From an uncultured virus (IMG/VR IMGVR_UViG_3300022879_000001) (Duplodnaviria; Heunggongvirae; Uroviricota; Caudoviricetes): a stretch of DNA of 64,000 nt. Shown one piece after another: positions 1 through 11,400 of this stretch. Below the pieces are notes generated by a model. It was not told the DNA's origin and did not search any database. It worked only from the letters and a program-made list of their open reading frames with translations. How positions within the stretch are numbered: the stretch's first letter is position 1; each line of letters starts with the position of its first letter. The position numbers and the translations under genes were made by a program. Location of the stretch: IMG/VR virus record IMGVR_UViG_3300022879_000001. One strand, 5' to 3'.

Positions 1-61
1 CACTGTTAGATACCATTTTTACTGCTGTTTTAATTTCATTGATTAAATGCAGTTTTGACAT
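1..61 (-). CDS. 5' end of a CDS running off the window (MSKLHLINEIKTAVKMVSNS...)
   Basis: ATG at 61-59 preceded by AAAGGAG RBS; frame open to the window edge. Confidence 0.55.
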   Translation of the reverse strand, partial: MSKLHLINEIKTAVKMVSNS

Positions 62-224
62 AATAAAGCACTCCTTTATTTTATAATATTTTATGTATTT
101 ATTTATATAATATTTTGACATAAAAGTCAAATTATACATTTTATATTATTTTTAAAAAAGTGAAGTATTATGTCAAAAATCTGCTAATCATAAAGACTGA
201 AAAATACTGAACAATATGGAACGA

Positions 225-392
225 TTAGTTTGTAGTAGGTGGTTCATAATCTCCTGCTAAATGTTCTTTCTCTTCTGTCTTTAACTTTTCATAGACACCA
301 GGTTTTAACGATGTTGGTACTTTACTAAACTGTAGTGTATCGTTAGTAACCTTTCTCGTTAAAAACGTTAGGATACTATTTACATTTTCCAT
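225..392 (-). CDS. 55-aa small tail-associated protein (CD1375/XkdX-like position), missed by the ORF track
   Basis: Hand translation MENVNSILTFLTRKVTNDTLQFSKVPTSLKPGVYEKLKTEEKEHLAGDYEPPTTN; start overlaps the upstream stop (TAATG); GAGGTG RBS. Confidence 0.65.
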   Translation of the reverse strand: MENVNSILTFLTRKVTNDTLQFSKVPTSLKPGVYEKLKTEEKEHLAGDYEPPTTN

Positions 393-601
393 TACATCAC
401 CTCATTATCTTCACTGAAGACCATTGATACAAGTTCCAATATAGTACTTTCATGCAACAAAATAGCACCTTCAAGAGTAGCATTTTTATTAGCAAGTTCG
501 GTATTTATTTTAGCTAGTTTTTCATTCTGCTTCTTTAGTAGTTCAAGGTCTTGTTCAGTTTTAGTTGGTGGGGTAGGAACAATCATTGTTCGTCTTTTCA
601 T
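392..601 (-). CDS. small coiled-coil protein, probable tail-fibre chaperone
   Basis: 69 aa, translationally coupled to the fibre gene (TAATG), coiled-coil character. Confidence 0.6.
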   Translation of the reverse strand: MKRRTMIVPTPPTKTEQDLELLKKQNEKLAKINTELANKNATLEGAILLHESTILELVSMVFSEDNEVM

Positions 602-3483
602 TATGCTCTACCTCCTAGTATTCGAGTTATTGCATCATTTGATCCGCCACTAGTATCTGCTCTACTCAAATGCAACGTGAGAGTAGCAGGTGCTTCAGAT
701 GTGAGAGTTTTAGAGAGCTCATACTCATTACCTAACAGTTCAGATTTCATAGGGATATTATTTAATGTTGCTGACACTTCTAAATTCCCTATCTTCTCTA
801 CATAAACCCCTACGAAGATAGTGTTAGGTATGTCATACACTAACTCTCCTGACAGTTTTTGGACATTATCTCCAATAACCCAGTTTCCGAAAAACCTAAA
901 ATCAGCAGATGTTAAATAAGCTATTGGTGGCAATTCACTATTAGAGAAGTTAGAAGAAGGCGCAACTAATGGTAAGTTTACACCAGACTGTAATATTTGC
1001 TTGGAAGTCCATGCATCATTACCAACTTTTTTATACAAGTACAATGACTTATCAGCGCGTAATACATATGCATACATGTTACCGAATTTATCTTGAGTGT
1101 AAGTAAATATCCAATCAGCAGGAGTACCTTTATTAGCTGTTATATCAAACGCTGATGACCAAGTGACACCACTATCATCTGTTTTTACATACTTCACACT
1201 ACTTGCAGACTCACCCGTGTCTTTACCCATAAACGCCACATACATAGTGAAACTATAATTAGAAGCTATTAAAATAGGAACCATACCATACTTAGAGGAT
1301 ACTCCTTCACCAAACACTTTTATAGTTCCATACTTAGATGGCAAGTTGTTATCTGAACTAAAATCATTCTTGGTAGAACCTTCTAGGAAACAAACTAAGG
1401 TAGACGCACCTGTAGCGCCTCTAACAGCTACAATTACAACTTTTCCTACCGTAATAGATATAGAAGGTAATGTATACGCTGTCGCAGACGTTGATGATTT
1501 AGTAAGTCTCTCAGGAGTGCCCCAATTAACACCATCGTTTGACCTATTCAGACTTATATTTGTAACTGCAGTACCATCGTAAATGCTACACCAAGCTACT
1601 AAGTATCTTTTAGCGTACTCGTCATATGTTATATCAATCGCACTAAACCCTGTCTCATTCTGTCCTGAAATCTTTTTTAACATAGAAGCAAGATTTGCTC
1701 CAGGAGTTACTGTAGATACATCTATAATTGCTGATAGCACTTGATCTGTATACATGTTAACAACCCACAACTTGCCATCTACTGGTAATATTGAATAATC
1801 ATTATGGTATGCACTAGAAGACCCAGTCATAACAAATAGTAATTCGAAAACGCTATTCTCGGGTTTCTTAACATAAAATTCTAAAGTGTTTGTTGAACTT
1901 TTTCTTGCTGCAGTAATAACCCAGCCATTATCCATCACAGCTACCTTTTTTGACGTTTTACTATTACCTGCTGTAAATACACCAGTTGCGATAGCCATGT
2001 CATCTACTTTTTTAATACTCTCATTAATGCTGACTAGTGTAGCTTTACCATCCTTTATAGTTACGTCCTTTGTCTTATCTTTATTTAACGTAAACCCAAA
2101 ACTAGTGTCATTGAAATCGTCTGCAAAAACAGTTCCGCCATCTATACGTTCAGAAGCTTCTTGTTTTAATTTAAGATATGCTACTTCACGATTTAATCCG
2201 TTTATAATTTCTGCATTAGTAGATCCACCTTCTTCCAATACGGTTACTCTTGCTTCAAGTTGCGTATATTCAGCCAAATGTTCAGTAACTTCGTTTTGTA
2301 GACCATCGACTTTTTGATTGATTTCTGTTAAATCTGGGGTATCGCCTTTTTCACCTTTTAGAGATGCCAACCATTCTTCAGATGTGCCAACAAACCCATT
2401 ATTAACTGCAACCTCATATGCTGATTTACCATTTTCACCAGTTTCTCCTGTATCACCTTTTTCACCCTTGATGTTACCAACGTTTTCCCATGCACCCATG
2501 TTATCTGACCATACATATAACTCTCCATTAACTGTATAAGCATCACCTGCTTGACCAGTAGGAGGGAGTTGTGATGCATCAGTTAGTTTACCTAGAATGC
2601 TCAATGCTGCACCAGTATCACCCTTATCACCTTTTAATCCTTTTTGAGCAAATATTCTCCATGTATTTGTATCAGATACTGGAGTATTTGTATTGTCAAC
2701 TAATGCAATATAACTACTACCTTCAAATTCTACTTGGTTGAATTTTTTATATGTAACATTCGTCTTATATGTACCTGTAAATTTATACTGATTAATAATG
2801 ATATTCATGTCACTTAAACTTTGCTGACGAATCTGCTCATTAGTATTACGTGTTTGTTCATTTTGAATTCGTGCCGTCTCGTTAGATTTACGTGTATCTT
2901 CAGCATTTTTTCTATCTAACTCATTTGTCTTTCGAGTATCTTCATTAACAATTCGTTGTTGTTCATTTGTATTTCTAATTGTTTCAGCTTCATTTGATTC
3001 CTCTAACAAGACATTTAATTCATCTTTAATCTGATTAGCTTCAGTTAAAGTGTTTGTTACTTCTTGATTTAACAATTCTACTTGAGCAATTAAGTCTTGA
3101 AGGATACCTATGTAGCTTAAATCCTTATCTTTTAAGTGGTCAAATATCCACACTGAGAAAGGTTGAATTGAAACCATAGAAGTACCTGAATAAACAGAAA
3201 GAATTGTTTCTAGTTTACCAACTTCAGACATTTCTACTCCAACAAAATGGTAAACAATCATTTTCGTATTTGTATCAAGATAAGGTTCACCAACTATTGT
3301 TTGACCTGATGGTAGCCCGAAAGTAATTTCAGCTCTAGTAAAGTCAGTTAAGTCAAATTCCTTACCATCATCAAAAATTCTAAACTTTAGAGTTGCTGAA
3401 TCACCTTGTTTAAAAGTAGGGACGATACTAGTCATTCTACGTTTAACATCTACATTTAATATGTATTCATTTCTAAATGACAT
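601..3483 (-). CDS. baseplate/tail-fibre receptor-binding protein (BppU-like N-terminus, heptad repeats, collagen-like GXY, BNR/sialidase-like propeller)
   Basis: FKQGDSATLKFRI...G BppU-type start; GEKGDTGETGENGKSAYEVAV motif; Asp-box motifs SNDGVNW and TDDSGVTW. Confidence 0.8.
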   Translation of the reverse strand: MSFRNEYILNVDVKRRMTSIVPTFKQGDSATLKFRIFDDGKEFDLTDFTRAEITFGLPSGQTIVGEPYLDTNTKMIVYHFVGVEMSEVGKLETILSVYSGTSMVSIQPFSVWIFDHLKDKDLSYIGILQDLIAQVELLNQEVTNTLTEANQIKDELNVLLEESNEAETIRNTNEQQRIVNEDTRKTNELDRKNAEDTRKSNETARIQNEQTRNTNEQIRQQSLSDMNIIINQYKFTGTYKTNVTYKKFNQVEFEGSSYIALVDNTNTPVSDTNTWRIFAQKGLKGDKGDTGAALSILGKLTDASQLPPTGQAGDAYTVNGELYVWSDNMGAWENVGNIKGEKGDTGETGENGKSAYEVAVNNGFVGTSEEWLASLKGEKGDTPDLTEINQKVDGLQNEVTEHLAEYTQLEARVTVLEEGGSTNAEIINGLNREVAYLKLKQEASERIDGGTVFADDFNDTSFGFTLNKDKTKDVTIKDGKATLVSINESIKKVDDMAIATGVFTAGNSKTSKKVAVMDNGWVITAARKSSTNTLEFYVKKPENSVFELLFVMTGSSSAYHNDYSILPVDGKLWVVNMYTDQVLSAIIDVSTVTPGANLASMLKKISGQNETGFSAIDITYDEYAKRYLVAWCSIYDGTAVTNISLNRSNDGVNWGTPERLTKSSTSATAYTLPSISITVGKVVIVAVRGATGASTLVCFLEGSTKNDFSSDNNLPSKYGTIKVFGEGVSSKYGMVPILIASNYSFTMYVAFMGKDTGESASSVKYVKTDDSGVTWSSAFDITANKGTPADWIFTYTQDKFGNMYAYVLRADKSLYLYKKVGNDAWTSKQILQSGVNLPLVAPSSNFSNSELPPIAYLTSADFRFFGNWVIGDNVQKLSGELVYDIPNTIFVGVYVEKIGNLEVSATLNNIPMKSELLGNEYELSKTLTSEAPATLTLHLSRADTSGGSNDAITRILGGRA

Positions 3484-3510
3484 TTATAAACTCCTTTCAT
3501 TATGTATTTT

Positions 3511-3984
3511 TTAATTTTGTGATTCATAAAATTGAATTACATTTTCAAATTGCTCACAAACAGAATCATATGTCTCTGCTAATTCTCCTGATACTGTAAT
3601 CAATTCTTCATCTAAGAATAGGTTAGCTACAGTTAATAACATTTCTTTATTTGATTCATTTAAATCAATATGTAATTCTTCATTTAATAATATATCCATT
3701 TCATTTAAATATTCTTGAGTCACTCTAAAGTTACCATTATCATCAATAATAATTTTATTAGATTCATCCTTAATCGCATATTGATTTTTTAGTTCTTCTT
3801 TTTCAGGTTGAATAACATTTTTATAATGATCTTGTAATAGACGATTAAATCTTGAACGCAATCTAGACACTTTACCTTTAAGCTCTAAATCAAAAAGTAT
3901 TTGATATGTATTTGAAACATACTTATTTTTTATCTTCAATAGTAGATTCTCCTTTAAATTAGAATATAAAAAAGGGCTACTCAA
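3511..3984 (-). CDS. hypothetical tail-module protein (true start may be downstream of the track start)
   Basis: Open frame in the tail module; its 5' end overlaps a terminator hairpin at ~3970-3998. Confidence 0.55.
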   Translation of the reverse strand: MSSPFLYSNLKENLLLKIKNKYVSNTYQILFDLELKGKVSRLRSRFNRLLQDHYKNVIQPEKEELKNQYAIKDESNKIIIDDNGNFRVTQEYLNEMDILLNEELHIDLNESNKEMLLTVANLFLDEELITVSGELAETYDSVCEQFENVIQFYESQN

Positions 3985-4014
3985 TTTAGAGTAACCCTAG
4001 TAATTATTTCATGC

Positions 4015-4413
4015 TTATGGTTCTGGAATCTCAATTATCTCAAGGATTCCATTTTCTGATCTATCCTCAACATCATAAACGAACAAATAACGTTTACCAT
4101 CCTTGAATTCAATTGGATGCTCATTGTCTTTCCACATATGACGTTTACGGAAAATCTTCTTACCATTTGTAAATCCTTTTACTTCTCGTACTCCAGAATA
4201 TCCTTCCATCATAATCCAAGGGTCTTTTTCCATCACCATAACCCAGTTGTCTTTAGTGTAACCTTTACCTTTTAATAAATCCGCATAGTCTTCTTGTTTG
4301 TCATAAGTTAGATAAGGAGTCGGCTTCATTTCTGGATACTTTGCATTAGCGTCTACCATTCCTACAAACATTAATCCAAATAACAATGTCATTGTTACTA
4401 AAATCTTTTTCAT
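4015..4413 (-). CDS. secreted hypothetical protein (moron-like)
   Basis: Sec signal peptide MKKILVTMTLLFGLMFVGMVDANA; AAGGGAG RBS; followed by a hairpin terminator. Confidence 0.7.
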   Translation of the reverse strand: MKKILVTMTLLFGLMFVGMVDANAKYPEMKPTPYLTYDKQEDYADLLKGKGYTKDNWVMVMEKDPWIMMEGYSGVREVKGFTNGKKIFRKRHMWKDNEHPIEFKDGKRYLFVYDVEDRSENGILEIIEIPEP

Positions 4414-4585
4414 GATATATCTTCTCCCTTAAATAAGTTTGCTTATTTCTATTGTATACCTTCCTGAAGGTAAAGTTAACAGTTTTATTGAAAATATTTA
4501 ACTATTTTGCTCTCATAGTGGGAGTGTAACCAATATTAACACCATTTAATACTTGATGATTAATTGTTATTATGTATTTTTATTG

Positions 4586-7500
4586 TTACTTCAATTCTAT
4601 ATAACCAATTTCATCATTAAAACCACGTACATATAATCTTCCTCCTGAACCACCTTGTGAAGCACCATTTGAACCATTCCATACGAGACGCATACCTACA
4701 TATGTAGAAGTTACAGCCGTTTCATTTTCAACCCAAAGGGGACCCGTTGTTATTTTCACTCCAGAACTAGCACCTATGCTAATCATATCGGAGTAATATG
4801 ATAGAGTTGATCCACCAGAACCACCTCCAAATCTAATTCCTTTTGGACTGGAGTCATTATGTTTAGTTCCTAAGTTTAACCAGTTACCAACAGTAGCGTC
4901 CTCAGATATATTGATCTCAGCAGAATTAATTGTAGTTCCGTTGATTGTTCCGCCATTGATTATGTTACCGTTAATAGTTGATCCTGTAATGGTTCCTCCA
5001 TTAATCTCGTTACCGTTTATAGTATTACCATTAATGGTACTACCTGTAATTGTAGCCCCGTTTATAGAACTACCATAAATATTATTACCGTTAAGAGTAG
5101 TACCAGTGATAGTTGTTCCTGAGATAGTACCTCCACTGATATTGGAAGCTGAAATATCGCCTTTGAAATAGGCATTACCGTTTGTATCTATTTCGAATGT
5201 TTTATCCCCATAAGAATTGTACCCACGTAAACCATAGTTATCCATTTTAACTCCACGATTGTAAGAAGTGGATGTTTGAATCAAGAAACTTTCTTGAGAT
5301 GTCATTTTACCTGAATTAGCATTTAACTCAAAAGTTACTCCGCCAGATGAATTATATCCAGTGATCCCGTTGGCAGTTATAACTACTCCTCGATATGAAG
5401 AAGGGGAAGACTTTATAGTCAAATCACCAATAATTTCAACTTGTCCAGTAGCTGCATCGACATTGAATGTACGTACACTATTATTGTTAAATGCTCTAAA
5501 ACCATTACCATCTAACTGAGTCCCACGATTAGCATTACTAGATGTACGGATATCAATCGCACCATCGTATACACGCATGCCATATTTATATTGTGAAAGG
5601 GAGTCTGGATTTTGATATCTACCTAATTCAATTTTCTTAACTCCGTTAGCATCATAAATAGTTTGTGTTGAACCATCAATAGTAAAGAGTCCAGAATCAC
5701 TTTGAATTACCAAATTATTTCCAAGTATCGCAGAGCCATAAAGTCTGTTGGCAAAAACTCCATTTTTAGTAATAGCCACTTCAACTGAGTTACCAGAATT
5801 TTTTGTTATGGCAAGAATCCCATTATTAATAACTAAATATGTATTATCATCTTGTAAATCATTACTATAGAATCCACGTTCATTCATAGTATTAGAATTC
5901 GCAGTACCACCAACTAGTACATTCTTTGCAGTATCGAATTCACTATTTATCATATGTGTAACTAGATTATTAGCATTTACAGCTAAATCAAGCTTATATT
6001 TATTCATATCAACACTTGTAGAAGTATTATGTGATGAATAAATCATATCAACTAACTTAGAATCATCATCTTTCAAATCTTTATCATTAGCTATAGTTAA
6101 GGAGATATCATTGTTATCAAAATCATAACTAATTTCAATAATTTTAGATGAGATGCTAACGTCTAGAGTCTCTGAAATTAACTTGACAGTATCACCAAGA
6201 TTAATCTTATCTCTTTCAGCTACATATTCCATATCATTCAAGAAATTAACAACTTTAAATGACATTGCAATAGCAGGCTCATTGACAGTTTTAAAATGCT
6301 TTGTTGCTGCGTCTAATAGATCTTGTTCTTCAACAATCGTATCATCAGAAAAATCTTTACCTATTATGTATTTATTTAATTCTAATAAATTGTCTCTTGT
6401 AAAGTTATTCTTTACATCTAGTAAATTACGTAAAGAAGTAATAGCATCTTCAGTTATTTTAATTTCATTTTCTTTAGTGGTAATCTGACTCTTCTTAGAA
6501 TTAATTTGAGCGTTCTTACTGTTAATCTTACCAATTACAGTTTGCCATTCAGGTTTTGAAGGTGCAGAATCTAAATAAGTAGCATTAATTACGTCTAGTT
6601 CATTGTTTAACATTGTTAATTCAGTATCTAGTACGCTTAATTCCTGATTTAAAGTAATTAACTCTGCGTTCTTAGTGGATAGGGAAGTAGATAAGTCTTT
6701 GAATTTTGTTGAATTTTCACTTAACAATTTATTGTATTTTAATAAAGCAATACACAAACCATCAGTCATATACTCAGAATGTTCTATAACATTATAATTA
6801 TCGTCACATTTGAAAGGGTATATGTACCAACTGAAATCCTCTAAGTAGTTTGATCCAGTAGGGGAGAGTGAACGAAATTCAAGCCCTTCACTTCCATAAC
6901 AGAACATGCGAGTTACTATTTCATCAATGTTAATATCAACATTATATGATTCTAAATATTTTCCCTTTTTTAACCGCCATCCACGATTTAATCCTATTTT
7001 TTCTGGTTTATAAAATGAAACCTTTTGATTTACAGTATCAAAGTTAATAATCGCATTAAATTTTGTAGCTACGTCAAATAGACATTGTAATACAGTTGAA
7101 TTATCTGTTTGATATGAACGTTTTAATGCATTTGAATTGTTAACATCAAAATCTACATCAATATAATCAATTCCCCAATCTGTCTCCTTTAAGAAATCAA
7201 ATACAAGTTGACTTAATGTATATGATGTAGCTTCATATAATTTAATTAATTTGTTATTTAAAAGATAGCCAAAACTTAACAAATTGTAGGAAATAACTTC
7301 TTCACTACTTGACATAGATTTATTTTGACTCATAACAACAAAATATTCAGTTGTATCTTTAAATTGGAATTCAACTAAATAAAATAACTTTATTTCAGAG
7401 ATGAGTGGATTTTTAATTAACTCATGATTTCTATCTACATAAGCAGGGGTAGTAAAAGAAAGTTCATTTATTGCTCCTAACTTCGCATTCATCTTTAAAT

Positions 7501-7615
7501 TATAAATGTCTTTCAATTTTCTAATCCGACTTTTATCAGGCTTGCATAAGTATATGTTTGGTGTGATTTCTTTTTGAGATAATATATCGTCAATGTACAA
7601 TGATAAAATATTCAT
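4586..7615 (-). CDS. tail spike / Tal-type baseplate hub protein (prophage endopeptidase family)
   Basis: Follows Dit; 'IVTRMFCYGSEGL' and 'INLGDTVKLIS...IIEISYDF' motifs; C-terminal beta-helix-like repeats. Confidence 0.8.
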   Translation of the reverse strand: MNILSLYIDDILSQKEITPNIYLCKPDKSRIRKLKDIYNLKMNAKLGAINELSFTTPAYVDRNHELIKNPLISEIKLFYLVEFQFKDTTEYFVVMSQNKSMSSSEEVISYNLLSFGYLLNNKLIKLYEATSYTLSQLVFDFLKETDWGIDYIDVDFDVNNSNALKRSYQTDNSTVLQCLFDVATKFNAIINFDTVNQKVSFYKPEKIGLNRGWRLKKGKYLESYNVDINIDEIVTRMFCYGSEGLEFRSLSPTGSNYLEDFSWYIYPFKCDDNYNVIEHSEYMTDGLCIALLKYNKLLSENSTKFKDLSTSLSTKNAELITLNQELSVLDTELTMLNNELDVINATYLDSAPSKPEWQTVIGKINSKNAQINSKKSQITTKENEIKITEDAITSLRNLLDVKNNFTRDNLLELNKYIIGKDFSDDTIVEEQDLLDAATKHFKTVNEPAIAMSFKVVNFLNDMEYVAERDKINLGDTVKLISETLDVSISSKIIEISYDFDNNDISLTIANDKDLKDDDSKLVDMIYSSHNTSTSVDMNKYKLDLAVNANNLVTHMINSEFDTAKNVLVGGTANSNTMNERGFYSNDLQDDNTYLVINNGILAITKNSGNSVEVAITKNGVFANRLYGSAILGNNLVIQSDSGLFTIDGSTQTIYDANGVKKIELGRYQNPDSLSQYKYGMRVYDGAIDIRTSSNANRGTQLDGNGFRAFNNNSVRTFNVDAATGQVEIIGDLTIKSSPSSYRGVVITANGITGYNSSGGVTFELNANSGKMTSQESFLIQTSTSYNRGVKMDNYGLRGYNSYGDKTFEIDTNGNAYFKGDISASNISGGTISGTTITGTTLNGNNIYGSSINGATITGSTINGNTINGNEINGGTITGSTINGNIINGGTINGTTINSAEINISEDATVGNWLNLGTKHNDSSPKGIRFGGGSGGSTLSYYSDMISIGASSGVKITTGPLWVENETAVTSTYVGMRLVWNGSNGASQGGSGGRLYVRGFNDEIGYIELK

Positions 7616-7631
7616 CTATTTCCTCCTTTCA

Positions 7632-8417
7632 TTAGTAGTATATTGGTCTATCTTCATTTAAATATTTATACTCAAGATAAAATTCACAATCAAAATCACC
7701 TGTAAAAGTAAATGTTGAAGAAGAATTCCTATCAAAATCTAACCAAATATCATTGTGATTATTATGCAAATATCTATTAAGTGATTTTTGAAAACCACTT
7801 ATAATTTCTTCGTTTTCACAATTAACCAAAATAACTTCTTTGTCATATAACCCTGTCAATTTGAATTCTTGCTTATTTTCTTCATTCTTTATTGAAATAT
7901 CACCATCGCCAATTTTTGTGATTTTTAATTGTGGACGAATAGTTGCATCACCTTCATTGTAAAAATACGGTTCTGCTTTTCCTCGCACAGATACATAATG
8001 CGGTATGAGAGGGGAGTAGCTATATGGTGAATCACATCGAACATTTAAAGTTACGTGTCCATCTTGACATCCGTTATGTATAAGCTCACTGTTACCTTCA
8101 ATGATTGCATAAAATACTCGATCTAAGTTTGATTCAAAAATTAGAGGCTTATAGTAATCAGTGAACAACCACCTAGATATGGCTCTCAAATTGTTTCTAT
8201 CTTTCCAATCTTTAATGAAAAAAGACAAAGAAAAAGAGAGTGGATTATTTTCCACTCCCATGAAGTACGGTCTATCTTTTCCATTTATCTTATTTTCTCT
8301 AATTGAACGGTTTGGTAGGAAGGTTTCTTTGTATAATCCACCTCCGTCATTAATCATTACAACGCCCATATCTTCACTAGACTCACCGTTGTATGTGAAG
8401 TTGAGAGATTGATACAT
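7632..8417 (-). CDS. distal tail protein (Dit; YomH-like)
   Basis: 'FTYNGESSEDMGV', 'LNVRCDSPYSYS', 'NEGDATIRPQLKI' Dit motifs; immediately downstream of the tape measure gene. Confidence 0.85.
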   Translation of the reverse strand: MYQSLNFTYNGESSEDMGVVMINDGGGLYKETFLPNRSIRENKINGKDRPYFMGVENNPLSFSLSFFIKDWKDRNNLRAISRWLFTDYYKPLIFESNLDRVFYAIIEGNSELIHNGCQDGHVTLNVRCDSPYSYSPLIPHYVSVRGKAEPYFYNEGDATIRPQLKITKIGDGDISIKNEENKQEFKLTGLYDKEVILVNCENEEIISGFQKSLNRYLHNNHNDIWLDFDRNSSSTFTFTGDFDCEFYLEYKYLNEDRPIYY

Positions 8418-11400
8418 TAAAACTTACCTCCTTTTTTCGTTTTTACATTATTTATAAATGATGTAGCAAATGTCTCAGCTTGATCTTTGGTAGCTTCGAT
8501 AACATCACCAAATTGAATTTGATATGTGTCACCACTTTGTTGCAAGTTGGATAGGGTAGGCTGAGGAGTGAATTTAGCTAACATAGGTTTTAAACTACTC
8601 ATAACTCTATCTATAACATTGATTGAGTTAAAGAATCCTTGGGTATCTACTTTATTTAGCATGATTTCATTAGGATGAGCTATAATAGCTTTACCACCTT
8701 TACCATCGATACCATTACCTGACCAATTCATGAACCCTCCAGTATCTAATGATGCAACAAATCTCAAGAAGTCTTTTTGCATTTTAGAATCTGGAATAAT
8801 ATTAACTTGACTTTGCATAAAGTTCTTCATTTGTCCTTTTTGATTGCCGTCCATTAGACCAACCATAGACATAAATGAAGCATCAGATGCTAAAGTAGAA
8901 CCTGATGCACGACCCTGTTGAGCCATAGTATCTGCTGTAGATTTAAGTTGTTTACGCATATTTGCATCTTTAGTTTGACCTAACATGCTTTCATTGATGT
9001 GTTTAGCCATAAGGACTTGCATTGTTCCATAAGTCAATGGATTGGTTAGTCCATGTTTATTGCTAGACTCAATTGACCCATAATCCGAACTATTATTAGC
9101 AAAATCTCTAATGAAATCAGAATAGTTTCCACCTTCAACTCCAGAGTTTTGTTTGAAGTATTGTTTTAAAGATTCTAATTCAGCAGGTGTTAAACCACTG
9201 ATAGCACTATCAAAGCTAACATTTTTATCAATAGTGCCACCATTTTGTCTTCCAGATTTACCGATTTGGCTACCTGTACTATGAGCTTTATTCTTGGCGT
9301 CACCAGTAAGATGTCTTGTGACATTATCTGTTAAGAATTTGCCTAGCAGTATTTGCATGTCACCTTCATTAAGATTTCCTTTAGATACTCCACCTTGACC
9401 CATTTTACTTTCATCAAAGAAGCTTCCCGGATCAAAATTGTCACCAACTTGAGCCATAGTAGAAGCAACTTGATTAAATTCATGAACCATATTTATAGCT
9501 TCTTGTAAATGGTCTATAACATTTTGTCTAATGGTCATACCAACAGCTTGCATAGTACCATCCATAGTATCAGCTAAATCAGGCATAGTTAATTTCATTC
9601 GTTCAATGTGGTCTTGAAATTCAGCTACTACTTTATCAAGATGTCCATTCATAATGTCTTCTCTGATTCTTGCGAACTCTCGCTCATCATTCATTAAGTC
9701 ATTATAATGTTTCTCCCAATATTGTTTCTCTCTATCGATACGATTCATTACTTCTTCGTATTGCTTATCTTCTAACTCAATCTTGCCATTCATTTCTTCT
9801 TCTTTAGATTCAAGCATATCGCTTAAACCTTGTTTTTGTAATTCAATATCACGATCATGACGTTTTTCAGCAATATCTTTGTCAATTTGGTCAAGTTGTT
9901 CTTGTAGCTTTTTACGTTTAGATTTAGCCTCATTGGAATTATCTAATGATAGGAGGTCAAATTCTGACTGCAATTTATTACGTTCTTTCTCCATATCATC
10001 AATTTCCATATTGTAGTCACGGTCAGCTTCTTGACGGTCAATTAAACGTAATTTTTCTTCAACATTTTTACGGAATAATTCCATTTCATCTTCAAGTTGT
10101 TTCTTACGTTTCTCATGAGCTTCTGTCTCTTTTTTAGACATTTCCTCAATTGACTTCATATGCTCATCACGAAGTTCTTGATAATATTCTTTTAAAGCAG
10201 AAATAAATTTATCAGCAATCTCATTAAGATTACTTTTCTTGCCTTCTTCAAGTTGTTTCTGATAATCTTTGAGTCCTTTTTGGGCATTGAGATAGGCAAG
10301 ATGTTCTTCACGTAACATTTTCTCTACATCTTTTCGACGTTCAAGAGAGATATCATACTGTTTCAGCTCATTTGCTAATGCATCACGAGTTTCTAGATGT
10401 TGTTTAGCAAGTTGTTCTTGATATTTAATTAGATTTTGAGTTTGTTTAATGTATTCTCCAGTACCTTGTTCAAACATATCTCTAATTGCTGTAGCACGAT
10501 TCATTTCAAATTGAATTTCTTCTAATTTGGCATCAGAGTTAGTTTTGATAGTCATGAGAATCTCAAAGTCTTTTTCTTGGATATCAAGTTGAAGTTGTTT
10601 AATTTCTAATCGAAGATCTCTAGCTCTAGCTGTAGCATTTTCTAATGATTCACCACTAAGTTTCCCACTGTAGATTAAATTCTCAAGATAAGTTAATTCT
10701 TGACGATTTAGATTCTGAGAATCCTTTCTCATCTTATTCATTTTTTCTAATGATTGAAGGTATCTTAATGAATTAGAATCCAATTCCTGAAGTTTTAATG
10801 CTTCATAATCTAAAGCTTTGCTGCTAAGAGCTTGTAATTCACTGTATTTATTGATTAATTGATCAACAGTTTTAACATATGATTCTAGAATTTTATTCTG
10901 AATTTCTAGCTTAGAAGAATCTATTTCATGGTTAACTTTAGCTAATTCATTTATTTTTTGATTTAATTCATCAATAGTTTTATCTGTTAACTTACCATTT
11001 TTAATAGTATCTTCTAAGAATTTAATTTCAGCATTATTTTCTGTTTGTTTAGCGGTAAGAGCTTTAGTTTGTGCTTCAAGTTCTTTTCGATATTCCTCAG
11101 ATGTATCGCTTAATCTACTTAATCGTACTTCTGAGTTTTCTAAAGTTTTATCATAGTTACTCTTACGATTTTCATATCCTGCTAAATTAGCATCAATTAA
11201 TTGACGTTTTAAGTCTTCGATATTGTTTTGTTGATTTAAAATTTCTTTATTTAAACCGTTCAAATCAGACATAGCTTGATCAATAGCTTGTTGAGAAGTA
11301 TCAATACCTACTCCAGCGCCGCCATTAGTACCTTTGTATTTATTGTAGTATTGGTCTGCCGCAGATGCTCGTTTCTTATTACCTGAACCACCTGAACGTT

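Noticed and set aside
53..178. TTTTGACATAA direct and inverted copies as a mobile-element end
   Set aside because: Short and AT-rich with no transposase; more likely operators for the truncated gene at the window edge, and not testable here
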